DNA of 63,334 nucleotides, the filler included, from Octopus bimaculoides (Eukaryota), in assembly GCF_001194135.2 (NCBI RefSeq). It is 5 parts of 5 records of this genome, joined end to end, with 100 filler letters (N's around TTAATTAATTAA, not from the genome) between each part and the next. Parts side by side here need not be neighbours in the genome. Positions count along the whole stretch, not along the records: positions 16,936 to 48,003 come from NC_069000.1; positions 48,104 to 61,141 come from NC_068991.1; 3 more parts are not named here. One strand, given 5' to 3'. The notes beneath the pieces are model-generated. The model did not search any database and was not told where the DNA came from. It was given only the letters and a program-made list of their open reading frames with translations. Positions 38,798 through 49,199 of the stretch are shown one piece after another (the stretch's first letter is position 1; every line of letters starts with the position of its first letter). The position numbers were made by a program, and so were the translations under genes.

Positions 38798-38878
38798 CTG
38801 AAAAGGGTGAGAACGGGGGGAAAACGATTAAGGAAGAGGGATTCAGAGGAAATATAAGATTGAGGGAAGGGAACAGGG

Positions 38879-38909
<31 letters not shown>

Positions 38910-38914
38910 GATGA

Positions 38915-39075
38915 AAGGGTATCATCATCATCATCTAACGTCCATCTTTGATGGTGACATGGCTTAGATGGTCCAACAGGATCCAACAAACTAGAGGACT
39001 TCATTGAACTCCAGAGCCTACTTTGACATGGCATAGTTTCTACAGCTGAATGTCCTTCTTAATGCCAACTACTTT
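38915..39075 (-). mobile_element. Old RTE 3' end (NEDD1 intron)
   Basis: (cat)n-taacgtcca...tttctacagctgaatgtccttc. Confidence 0.7.
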
Positions 39076-39902
39076 TTCATAGCACCAGCTCCAGTGAGGT
39101 CCCACAGTAACTCACAAGAGAAAAGCAAACCCTCATCAGTAGAGAGGTGGGTGGTGACTTTATACCACATGTTGAGAAGTTAAGGTTTGTTAAAGGAACA
39201 GAAACAAGTGCCCTGCTGGAGGAAAGGTACACTGCTGCCCTCTAGGGAGAAATAGCAAAAAGAAGAATGTCCCTTGGTTTTTAAGAACCTAATTGCTTAA
39301 CCTTCTTGTTATCATATTTCTGGGGAAATACACAGTCTTTGTTTCAATTTAGTAAATTAACCCTGTCATTATTGATTTGATGCCTGGAACATAAATTAAC
39401 ATGAAACTTTGATGGAAGATTTTAACTTTGGTCACTTTAAAACAGGAAGTTTGTTATCACAGAACCAGGAGTGTTCTCAGACAGGCAAGAACCTAGAGAT
39501 GGTTTTGTTGCACAACAGATGAGAGAGGTATGTTCTCCTGGCTCAGACAGCAGTCAATGATAAATGATGTCTCTACACAACACTGATAGTTGTGAATAAG
39601 TGAGGCAGGGTCTCTTGGCTCTGACCCCAGTTAATTACAGGTTAAATCTTCAGATAATGCTGAGGGGTAAACAAAGAGTTTTACATGAAACACACTTTGT
39701 AATATCTGCCGTGTATTTGAACCTGAGCTCTCTTGATTGGTTGTAGCATGCCATAGGAAGTCGGCTGTTATTTTCTACAAAGTATTTGAGAGAGGGAGAG
39801 GGGGAGAGAGAGGAGAAAGGGGGATAGAGGACGGGGGGGGAGGTGTAGTAGAAAAAGATGACAGGGAGAAGAGAAAACACAAAATATTCTGATGGATCTT
39901 AC

Positions 39903-39951
39903 CTGAGTCTTTGGAAGGTGAAGCTGGACTGTCAGTGGGTAAATGTGAGAG
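39903..39951 (-). CDS. NEDD1: NEDD1-like short linker exon (LSHLPTDSPASPSKDS)
   Basis: Pyrimidine tract ending ccacag, GTAAG donor, 49 nt, phase 0 to 1. Confidence 0.75.
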
Positions 39952-40147
39952 CTGTGGAGGAGAGAATGGACAATGATGATGGCCCAAATTATTTCAACAC
40001 AAAAATACATCATCACACTGGCCATACACAATATCAATGCTAATATACTATCTTGAAGACAGCAGGTTTATACTAGAATATATATACACATACATTTGTA
40101 CACATAGGCAAACACACACACACGCGTGTGTGTGCATACACTACAAA

Positions 40148-40285
40148 CAACATCATCATCATCATCATCATCGTTTAATGTCTGTTTTCTATGCTGGCAT
40201 GGGTTGGACGGTTTGCCAGGAGCTGGCAAACCAAGGAACTGTCCAGACTTCAATTGCTTGTTGTAGCATGGTTTCTATGGCTGGA
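40148..40285 (-). mobile_element. Old RTE 3' end (NEDD1 intron)
   Basis: (cat)n cgtttaatgtc...atgggttggacgg...ggctggatgcccttcc. Confidence 0.7.
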
Positions 40286-40875
40286 TGCCCTTCCTTACGT
40301 GTTTATTACATCAAAAGTTGACAGTGTGCTCCAGTTTGGGCTTTCATGAATCATCAAAAGCCCATCATGGGGTGAAACTCAGTTCAGACCACAAATAAAT
40401 TCAGCTTTACAGTATTTATTCTGGATCTCTGCACTTTGAGTTCAAATTCCACCAAGTTCAACTTTGCCTTTTGTTTTCTTGGGATCAGTAAAATAGAAGA
40501 GCAGTTGAGGGCAATGAACTGACCAGATCGGCAGAGCATCAGACAAGATGCCTTGTGGCATCTTTTTTTCAGCTCTTTTATATTTTGGGTTCAAATTCTG
40601 CCAGGTGGCTGGGCTAATCTTATGATGACATGAGTAAAACCTATTCATCCCACATTTGACCAGTAAGGTCAAGAATGTATGCAACCAGCACAACTATGCA
40701 AGCAACAGCAGGTTGAGGTTTTCGTGCAGCATCGGATCGACTAGTTTGGTTGTATTTTTAGTGACCCCTAGATAATTTATCTGCTGCTCTAACAACACCC
40801 CTACCTAACTTTGATAGATAACAATATCAATAACATTTTGAGACAGATCAATAAATTATTAGAAAAGTCACTGAC

Positions 40876-41006
40876 CTGGAGGGAGGTTTCTGCAAATGAT
40901 GGCCACAAGAGGCTGATATCAGAGGTGTTACTCTGGTTGCAACTGATGTCTGATGGGATAAAACTGGCGTTTGCACTTGCAGGAGAAAACAGGCCCAATG
41001 CATCAA
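40876..41006 (-). CDS. NEDD1: NEDD1-like linker exon (VDALGLFSPASANASFIPSDISCNQSNTSDISLLWPSFAETSLQ)
   Basis: cactacag acceptor, GTCAGT donor, 131 nt, phase 1 to 0; bridges the phases of the flanking exons. Confidence 0.75.
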
Positions 41007-41070
41007 CTGTAGTGAAGACACAGGTGTTAGTTATACATCATAGTTATGCATGTTGTTGCTGTTATTAATA

Positions 41071-41397
41071 TACGAGAGTGAGTCAAAAAGTAATGCCATT
41101 TTGTTTAGGACAAGTATAATTACCAACACAGGAACATGTATCATACATCAAAATGAAGCTGGTCCTCTGTGGATCACATCCCTACTTCTCAACATGGTCA
41201 CCATTTCTCTCAATAGCAATGTTCCACCTTAGAATGAGAGCATGTATCCCTGCCCCGTAAAATTCTGTTGACTGTTCTTTGAGCCATTTCTTCACTACAG
41301 TTTCCACTTCCTCGTCACTAGACTATCATCTCTTCGGCCCCATGAAAGAGGGTTTGAGGGGTAAACATTATTCCAGTGACTTGGAAGTGAAAACGAC
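41071..41397 (-). mobile_element. Mariner (DD34D-type) 3' fragment with TIR and an inverted segment
   Basis: Minus strand SDEEVETVVKKWLKEQSTEFYGAGIHALILRWNIAIERNGDHVEK*. TA-flanked TIR tacgagagtgagtcaaaaagt at 41071. Plus strand DYHLFGPMKEGLRGKHYSSDLEVK at 41323-41396. Confidence 0.8.
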
Positions 41398-42380
41398 ACA
41401 CACAAACAAGAACAGCCAAGCATACAAGTAAAACACACGTATACATGCAAGCAACCATACACACACACAAAGAGAAAGAGTGAAACAAAGTGATACGCAC
41501 CGTTTCGTTGATCATTTACGGCTGATGAAGAATGAGACAAATCAGGAGTGACACAAACTGAAACGATACAACAACAACAACAACAACATTAGAACATTGA
41601 AAGTGTCTTAGTTATGTTCCTGGTTCCAATCCTATTGAGGTAAACTTTACTTTTCCTCCCTCCACGGTCAATAAAATAAAGAACCTGCCAAAGTACCTGG
41701 AACAATGTAAACCAACTAACCTTCCCCACCACCACCAAAATTCCAAGACTTGTGTCTATATTAGAAACAACAGCAGTAGATTGGTGGATTTGAGAGGACG
41801 TCGGACTAAATACCTTGTTGCAGCTCTTTAGTTCCCGAGTTCAAATCCAGCCAAAGTCAACTTTTCATTTTATCCTTCTAGGGGTTGATAAAATAAAGTA
41901 TGAGGCGAGCAGAGAGGTTGAGGGTTCTCATCTAACAAACCCTTCAGGCCTCCTTATACAGTGTTTTACTTCAACACACAAGCACATTATATATATATAT
42001 ATATACATGCACACATTGCGAAGGTGAGTTGAGTTTATGATTGTTACATCATGGGTTCAATTCCTAACCTTGGCAGTGTGCTGTGTCCTTGAACAAGACA
42101 TTTCATTTTAAATTGCTTCAGCCAACACAGCTAAAGTTGGGTCCCAGTGACAGCTGGGATGAGGAGAGGGCAATTAACTTTGCAACAGACTGGGGCCCTT
42201 TTTGGGGAGTTTTCTACTTTCTATGACTTACTGCCCCAGACACTGAGATGAGCTCCCTGGCTTTATGGGACGGCAGGGTCTACACAGATAAACACACACA
42301 CACTGACAAACATCTCCAGTTTGCATGTGTGGTTATACTAGACTCTCCACTTGTCTTCGTAAATTACTGACTGCACTTAC

Positions 42381-42474
42381 CTGGCTGTGATGTAACTTCT
42401 GCCACTTCGGGTGATGTAGTAGTAGGCATGTTGGCACTGAGGTTGAAGCTTCCAGATGAAAACCTATCATGATT
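42381..42474 (-). CDS. NEDD1: NEDD1-like linker exon (NHDRFSSGSFNLSANMPTTTSPEVAEVTSQP)
   Basis: attccag acceptor, GTAAGT donor, 94 nt, phase 0 to 1. Confidence 0.8.
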
Positions 42475-42954
42475 CTGGAATAGAATCAGGCATATATATA
42501 TATACATACACATATACATGCACATATATGCATAAATATGCACACACACACACATGCATAATGGTGATGATGTTGAGATTCCTTGTTGACATTATAGCTG
42601 ATAGTTCTGCATTTAAAAATACAATAAAAAAAACAGTTGGTGACAGGAAGAGCATCCTGTAGTAAAATCCTGTCTCAAAAACTCCTTGTCCAACCCAAGC
42701 TAGCATGATGGAAAGCAGACATTAAACAAACAACTGAACCTACACACACTGAACTTCCAACAGGTCAAACAACCCCATAGCCTCCTTATGTCGTACATTG
42801 TTTATTTCAGTCCTCCATTCCACCCAATGGTGCAGCTGCCAGAATATTCTGGTCTCTTTTATAACATTGTCATTATCGTGATGTCCTGTTTTTTTTACCA
42901 AATTTGCATGGATAGGACGAGTCCTCTCCAACTTTGCCACTTGTCGCACATCGT

Positions 42955-43065
42955 CAGATCAGATTGGAGCCTGGTGCAGCCTTCTGGTTTGCCAGTCCTC
43001 AGTCAAACCGTCCAACCCATGCCAGCATGGAAGGTGGACGTTAAACGATGATGATGATGATGACA
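42955..43065 (+). mobile_element. RTE 3' end (NEDD1 intron)
   Basis: cagattggagcctgg...gacgttaaac(gat)n. Confidence 0.75.
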
Positions 43066-43546
43066 TATGTAACTGGCACTCTGTCGGTTATGATGATGAC
43101 TATACCAGTTGATCCGATGAGTGGAACAGCCTGCTTTGTGTTAATTAATGTCTAAGGGGCTGAACACCCTAGACACATGTACCCTTAACATAGTTGCTTT
43201 CAGGGAGATTCAATGTGACCAAGACTGGTCCTTTGAATTACAACTCATTTTTGCCAGCCGAGTGGACTGGAGCAATGTGATATAAAGTGCCTGGCTGAAG
43301 GACACAACAGGCCACTGGGAATTGAACACACGACACCCTGACCACTAAGTCTTCTTTTTCAGCTAACACATTCACTCAGCAGAAGAGACTTGGCTAAGGC
43401 ACTGTGCAGTGAAATTGAACTCAGAACCACATGGTTGCAGAGTAAACTTGTTAACCATTCAGCCACTGCCATTTCTGTACTGATGATGACTGTGGTGGTG
43501 GTGGTGAGTGACTGAAGCAAAGCCAAGGATAAAGAAAGACAATTAC

Positions 43547-43727
43547 CTTTCGGAACTTGACACAAGAGATGGCAGATTTGTGGGCAGATTCCTTGCAGAC
43601 GAGGGCGGACTTCATTGAGCGTCGATCAAACACATAGAGGGAGCCTTGCTTGCTTCCCACACAGATCAAATCTCCACAGACATCGACACAGGTCAGAGCT
43701 GACTTCACGGACGTCACAGATATCGCA
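43547..43727 (-). CDS. NEDD1: NEDD1-like WD40 exon (AISVTSVKSALTCVDVCGDLICVGSKQGSLYVFDRRSMKSALVCKESAHKSAISCVKFRK)
   Basis: cattgtag acceptor, GTAATT donor, 181 nt, phase 2 to 0; matches NEDD1 LTAVDFMPDGATLAIGSSRGKIYQYDLR...SAHKTSVQCIAF. Confidence 0.92.
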
Positions 43728-44095
43728 CTACAATGGAAACAAAACAGCGTCAGAAGGAGTTCAAAGTTTACTTGGATCCAGAGGCAAGGCAGATATTTCT
43801 GTCTGCCTCAGTTGATCTAGATGGCAAAAGGGTTCACCCACCCTAAATGAGTGAAGGGCAGGCCATACGTCTGTAGAAATGATTTAATGGGAAAAGCCAT
43901 GGCATCTTTGCTAATATCAACCAATTCCAGTCACATGACATTGGTTGACCGTGAGGTTAAAAGTCAAAGATTCTGATCCCAGGTGTTATGAAATAAAATT
44001 GAACTCAAAGTCCATACTTGTGCCAAAGTTCCAGTTGCAGACCACGGCTGGGTGGAATAATTCAACACAAACAATAAAAGTGTGCTTTTACTTAC

Positions 44096-44322
44096 TTAAA
44101 GGCAGAACTGTCAAAGAGGGCCAGTTCTCCGTCCAGTCCAACACTGGCAAGAATTTGTTTGTCTTGGAAAAACGACAGACCTGTTGCTGATGCTGAATGA
44201 ATTTGGTTGGCTGAGTGTAAGAGTTTAGCACGACCTGCATCCCAGATATTAATGGCTCCATCAGCAGACACGGAACCAAGAACTGAGGCCTTGTGTGGTG
44301 AATAGCAGAGGTCGTTGATAGC
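44096..44322 (-). CDS. NEDD1: NEDD1-like WD40 exon (AINDLCYSPHKASVLGSVSADGAINIWD...LASVGLDGELALFDSSAF)
   Basis: Lies within ORF 44092-44343; ctttaaag acceptor, GTAAG donor, 227 nt, phase 0 to 2. Confidence 0.92.
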
Positions 44323-44490
44323 CTTTAAAGGAAAAATATACAAAAATAAAGAAAGTCAAGAGGAAGGAAGCAAGAAAGGATACAGGAAATACTACATGAT
44401 GTTATCTACCAAGTAAAAAGTATATTTCTAAATTAATTACGAAATGAAAACTAACAGTGGAGCTTTGTAAGAACTCCCATGATGTCTTAC

Positions 44491-44631
44491 CTGGACTCTT
44501 GGTGCCAAAAGAGGAGTAGATGTGTCTCGATATACCATGTTGTTCAGAATTATTTCTCCATTATCCGATCCTGATGCAATATGGCTGCCATTGTCGCTGA
44601 ACTGGATTGTAGTAACACTGCTGCTGTGACC
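44491..44631 (-). CDS. NEDD1: NEDD1-like WD40 exon (GHSSSVTTIQFSDNGSHIASGSDNGEIILNNMVYRDTSTPLLAPRVQ)
   Basis: Poly-T acceptor, GTAAG donor, 141 nt, phase 0/0; GH-type WD40 repeat. Confidence 0.9.
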
Positions 44632-44689
44632 CTGTTTGCAGAAAAAAAATCTCAGGTTTACCTATACATGCATAAGTGTTACATGTGTG

Positions 44690-45168
44690 CGTGTGTATGA
44701 GGAATGCTGAATGTTTTCATGCACTACCTGCCTGATGAGGAACTCAGACATTCCCATGTCCCTGGCGATGGACCTGATTGACTTAGAAGGATCGTTGTCA
44801 ATCATGGCCTGGATTTCACCAACAAATTCAGGAATTTTTTTCTTACCAGAATGATCAGAGTGAGTTTTCCAAGCTGCCGTCCCTTTACAATCACCATTAG
44901 ACTCCTCCAACTCTTTCTGAATCCTTTGCACTGTCCTCACATTGACACCCAAACACTCTGAAATGTCCATACTGGAGCTTCCAGCATGAACACCAAGCAG
45001 CACAGCATGTCGTTTCCAAATTTCTGGCAGAGTGAACTGTGTCATGGCGCTGTTTATCTTACAGACAGTGCCCAACTGACCTTACTATACTGTGTAGTCG
45101 ACAAAATCAAAAACAAACAATGCACAAAATTGAAAATATAAAATGGCAACAATTTACTCATCGCACCC

Positions 45169-45175
<7 letters not shown>
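44690..45175 (-). mobile_element. Tc1/mariner 5' fragment (TIR plus HTH region) in a NEDD1 intron
   Basis: MTQFTLPEIWKRHAV...DISECLGVNVRTVQRI...IDNDPSKSIRSIARDMG; TA-flanked end (tagggtgcgatgagt) near 45160-45175. Confidence 0.8.
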
Positions 45176-45200
<25 letters not shown>

Positions 45201-45303
45201 GATAGGTAGATAGATAGATAGAGAGAGAGACACGTAGTGTGTGGAGTAGTACAAACAGTCAGAGCAATGTGTGGTATGCCAGTAGTGGTGAAGAGATACT
45301 TAC

Positions 45304-45420
45304 TGACAATGTAGTGGTTTGACTTGAACCAGTCAAGTGGTAGACATGTAGCAAGTTGTCTTGACCAGCTGCAGCAATGATTCTGTCCTTTGCTCCTAAG
45401 GCAATACACTTCTGACCAAC
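45304..45420 (-). CDS. NEDD1: NEDD1-like WD40 exon (VGQKCIALGAKDRIIAAAGQDNLLHVYHLTGSSQTTTLS)
   Basis: ttccaacag acceptor, GTAAGT donor, 117 nt, phase 0/0; resembles NEDD1 GQKQTCVNLNSTSMYLVSGGLNNTVNIWDL. Confidence 0.85.
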
Positions 45421-45816
45421 CTGTTGGAAATAAATGAATCAGGAATGTCAGTGTTTGTCACATCACTGATGGATTATCCATGAATGGATAGTCTATGGCA
45501 GAATGGTTAGGTTGTTGATATCACTATCATAAGGATCAGTTCAAACTGTTAATCTGTATATCATACTTAAAGCAGATGCACTGTTGAGGGGTCAATATGT
45601 GTGACCAACATGCTGGTGTTATCCCAGTATGGCCAAATTATGACTGAAATACATTTCCTTCTCTTTTTGGAGGCAGTATATATGATTGAAGAGCAATTTG
45701 GTTGCTATTTCAGGCCAACTACACAGCCACATAGAGGCTTCCTTGTTGGGTGTGATNNNNNNNNNNNNNNNNNNNNNNNNNNNNNNNNTGAAGACTGGGT
45801 TATGATTAGTACTTAC

Positions 45817-45914
45817 CATATTTGTGTTCTTCAAGGTTTGTTCAGTGTTAGTGAATTCACCAACGGAACAAAAGAATATGGGTCCATAATTGTTGAACAC
45901 ACCAAGGATGGTAG
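45817..45914 (-). CDS. NEDD1: NEDD1-like exon (xTILGVFNNYGPIFFCSVGEFTNTEQTLKNTNM), phase 1 to 0
   Basis: ttctcag acceptor, GTAAGT donor; the only open frame ends in phase 0, matching the next exon. Homology is weak. Confidence 0.55.
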
Positions 45915-45994
45915 CTGAGAAGTGGAAGGCAGTCAAGGAACAACAACATGTACATCATTACATATATAATACACACACACACAAGTACTACATT

Positions 45995-46155
45995 ATCATC
46001 ATCATTATCGTTTAACGTCCGCTTTCCATGCTAGCATGGGTTGGACGATTTGACTGAGGGCCGGTGAACCAGGTGGATACACCAGGCTCCAATCTGATTT
46101 GGCAGAGTTTCTACAGCTGGATGCCCTTCCTAATGCCAACCACTTCAAGAGTGTA
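45995..46155 (-). mobile_element. RTE 3' end
   Basis: cgtttaacgtccgctttccatgctagcatgggttgg...ggatgcccttcc. Confidence 0.8.
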
Positions 46156-47659
46156 ATATAAGCTGTATACATGTATATAATATAGACACACATGTACACA
46201 GTACAATGTACATATATATATATATATATATGACGGGTTTCTTTCAGTTCTCTTCTACCAAATTCACTCTAGCCTGGGGTTATAATAGAAGAAACTTGCC
46301 CAAGGTGTCGTGCAGACGGACTGAACCTGGAACCAAACTTCTCAAATATATTTAATAGACTTCTATTTGCATCATACACATACAAGCCCATACATATAAA
46401 CACATGTATAGATGAAGCAATATTCCCCTGGGTCCAGCTGCTCCTCATCTTAACATCATCGTCCCCACCCCTTCGAGCTGACTCTGCAGCATCAATTAAG
46501 GACACAGTCTGGGTTTTAACAGGAGGTTCTCTTTCAATAAATTACATGAGATTCTAGAATTTAGGGGGCAGCGGAGGTGAAAGGGGCCTGGGAGTCAGGG
46601 TGTGAAAATTGATTTGATTTATACTGGCAAATAAAAAGTACTGCAAAGCTGTCATCTGTTGGCAGGCTGCGGATGAGTGTGTGTGTGTGTGTGTGTATTC
46701 AACAGACCTGTATGCAGCATGACAGAAAAAAAGTGGATGGTAAAATTCTAATAATGATGTGTGTATGTGTACATATATACATTTATACACACATATGCAG
46801 AGAGAGATGAGAGATGAGAGAGAGAGAGAGAAGTTCATGCACATGTAAATCTAATGATGAAAACCAATATATATTTAACATACAAAACTCTTGTAAATGC
46901 AGTGTAATACACACATTAAGTTATGTATATATACAAACACACACACACACTATGTATAAGTATATAGAGACAAACAGACAGATGGAAGACACAAGTAAGA
47001 TACACTGTAGATATAGACAAGGTGAACAGACTAAGGTAAGTACACATTCAACAGTCTATGAATGTGTGTGTGTGAGTGTGTGTATAATGAATAGACATGT
47101 ATATACATATATGTGTACATACATATATATATATACACTGTGTGTGTGTATATATATGTGTATATATATATACACACACACACTATATATATACAGACAC
47201 AGACTATATATATACAGACACACACATAAATAGACTGAGAACCTTTTTACTCTGTTAGTTTCCTCTTTCCCCTCTTTCTGTTCGTATTCAAATTTGTTTA
47301 GAATAAAAGTGAAATCTAATACATAGCCCCAGACCCCATCTTTCCCCACTCTCCGTGCCACAATCCAGCACCCCCTACAGTCTCCCACCACCTCTTACAT
47401 ACAAGCCTTACTTAACTACCTTACCGAAGCTAGTAAGAACACAAGAGAAATGCAAAAATAAAGGCAGGAAGAAGGCAAGAAGCGGGCTGCCTGCCCCATG
47501 GATACAGAAATCCTACATCATTTCGTAAAGATGACAGATGTTAATGTAAACATAACAAAGCATTTATGAGCTTGGCGCCACCAAAGTGTGAGTGAGACAT
47601 TTTGGAGATTGGAATATAGGATATGTAAAGGATAAAGTAAGACATGAACCTAGACTGTG

Positions 47660-47694
<35 letters not shown>

Positions 47695-47749
47695 GTCTAC
47701 ACACACAAACATACTACATATACATACAAATACATATGCACACACACAC

Positions 47750-48003
47750 ATCATCATCATCATCATCATCATCGTTTAACGTCCGCTTTCCATGCTAGCA
47801 TGGGTTGGACGATTTGACTGAGGACTGGTGAAACCGGATGGCAACACCAGGCTCCAGTCTGATTTGGCAGAGTTTCTACAGCTGGATGCCCTTCCTAACG
47901 CCAACCACTCAGAGAGTGTAGTGGGTGCTTTTACGTGTCACCCGCACGAAAACGGCCACGCTCGAAATGGTGTCTTTTATGTGCCACCCGCACAAGCCAG
48001 TCC
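47750..48003 (-). mobile_element. RTE LINE 3' end (young subfamily)
   Basis: Reverse complement of the 11092 and 37096 copies; gives the same antisense ORF MKPDGNTRLQ... in the track. Confidence 0.85.
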
Positions 48004-48174
48004 NNNNNNNNNNNNNNNNNNNNNNNNNNNNNNNNNNNNNNNNNNNNTTAATTAATTAANNNNNNNNNNNNNNNNNNNNNNNNNNNNNNNNNNNNNNNNN
48101 NNNCATCTATCATGTGCCCTTCTTTTAATACATAAAAGCAATAGTGTCCTTTGAAAGAGATGTGTCTGTTATTT

Positions 48175-48402
48175 CTTATTTCTTTATTGCCCACAAGGGG
48201 CTAAACATAGAGGGGACAAACAAGGACAGACAAAGGGATTAAGTCAATTACATTGACCCCAGTGCATAACTGGTACTTTATTTCTCGACCCCGAAAGGAT
48301 GAAAGGTAAAGTCGACCTCGGCGGAATTTGAACTCGGAACGTAACGGCAGACGAAATACTGCTAAGCATTTCGCCTGGCGTGCTAACGTTTCTGCCAGCT
48401 CA
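48175..48402 (-). mobile_element. SINE family A
   Basis: Near-identical to 5151-5385. Confidence 0.85.
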
Positions 48403-48775
48403 CTGCAAAGATGTGTCTGTTATTTCTAACAGCTCTAGAGACCATGTAACCATGTAGAAGTTCCTTCATTGACTTGTAGCCTAGTTTGAATGGGGCTAAA
48501 CTAAAATCCATGTGGTCAGAGCTATGAAAGAAACTTCTCAATGACACTGCAATTCAGTGGCAGCATTTTGATGTGTGCTGCACTGAAATTGCAACTGTTT
48601 GGCCATTTATCTATTCTACAGCTTAGAAACAATATTGATTGGCAGATTTTTACAGGAGTGGATTTTTTGAAATGCCAAGCAGTATTTGTTCTGGCATGGT
48701 TTCAATTTTGAGTTAGTCTAGCCTTTGAGGATGATGATGCTGGTGCCAAACTATCTTGAACTTTGCTTTCTCTTT

Positions 48776-49085
48776 TAGCGAATTGGGTGGCCACATAGAG
48801 ACTTTCTTGTTCAGTCATTCACGGGGGGAAGGTGTGATCCAAGGAAGATTTGACTGCTGTTTCTAGTGTATTGGGTGTCCACATAGAGACTTTCTTGTTC
48901 AATCATTCAGGATGGGAAGGTCTGATTTGAGGAAGACTTGACTGCTGTTTCTAGCGAATTGGGTAGCCACATAGAGACTCCCTTGTTCAGTCATTCACAA
49001 GGGGAAGGTGTGATTTGAGGAAGACTTGACTGCTGTTTCTAGTGCATTGGGTGGCCCACATAGAAGTTTTCTCATTCACTCATTG
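48776..49085 (+). repeat. 88 bp tandem repeat, 3.5 copies
   Basis: Units start at 48776, 48864, 48952 and 49040. Confidence 0.95.
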
Positions 49086-49199
49086 GCCCCCTAGCTCCCT
49101 CAACCATCCAGCGGCCCTTAAAGTATAATTGCTCTCTTTTATTCTTCATGCCTTTGGATCTTAAGAGTTCCTATCAAAGCAACCCTTGCTGTTGTTGCT

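Larger units (their letters stand above)
35562..45914 (-). other. NEDD1: NEDD1/GCP-WD-like gene span (gamma-tubulin ring complex adaptor), 11 coding exons found, 5' end not located
   Basis: Eleven exons splice in frame with canonical AG/GT and consistent phases. The peptide aligns by eye to human NEDD1 as I recall it: GHSSSVTTIQFSDNGSHIASGSDNGEIIL vs DHKDQVTCVTYNWNDCYIASGSLSGEIIL; SPHKASVLGSVSADG vs SLFKKSLLGSVSDNG; C-terminus DLIAENQQLKLENKQLRKNY* vs GLVAEIERLREENKRLRAHF*. Confidence 0.85.
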
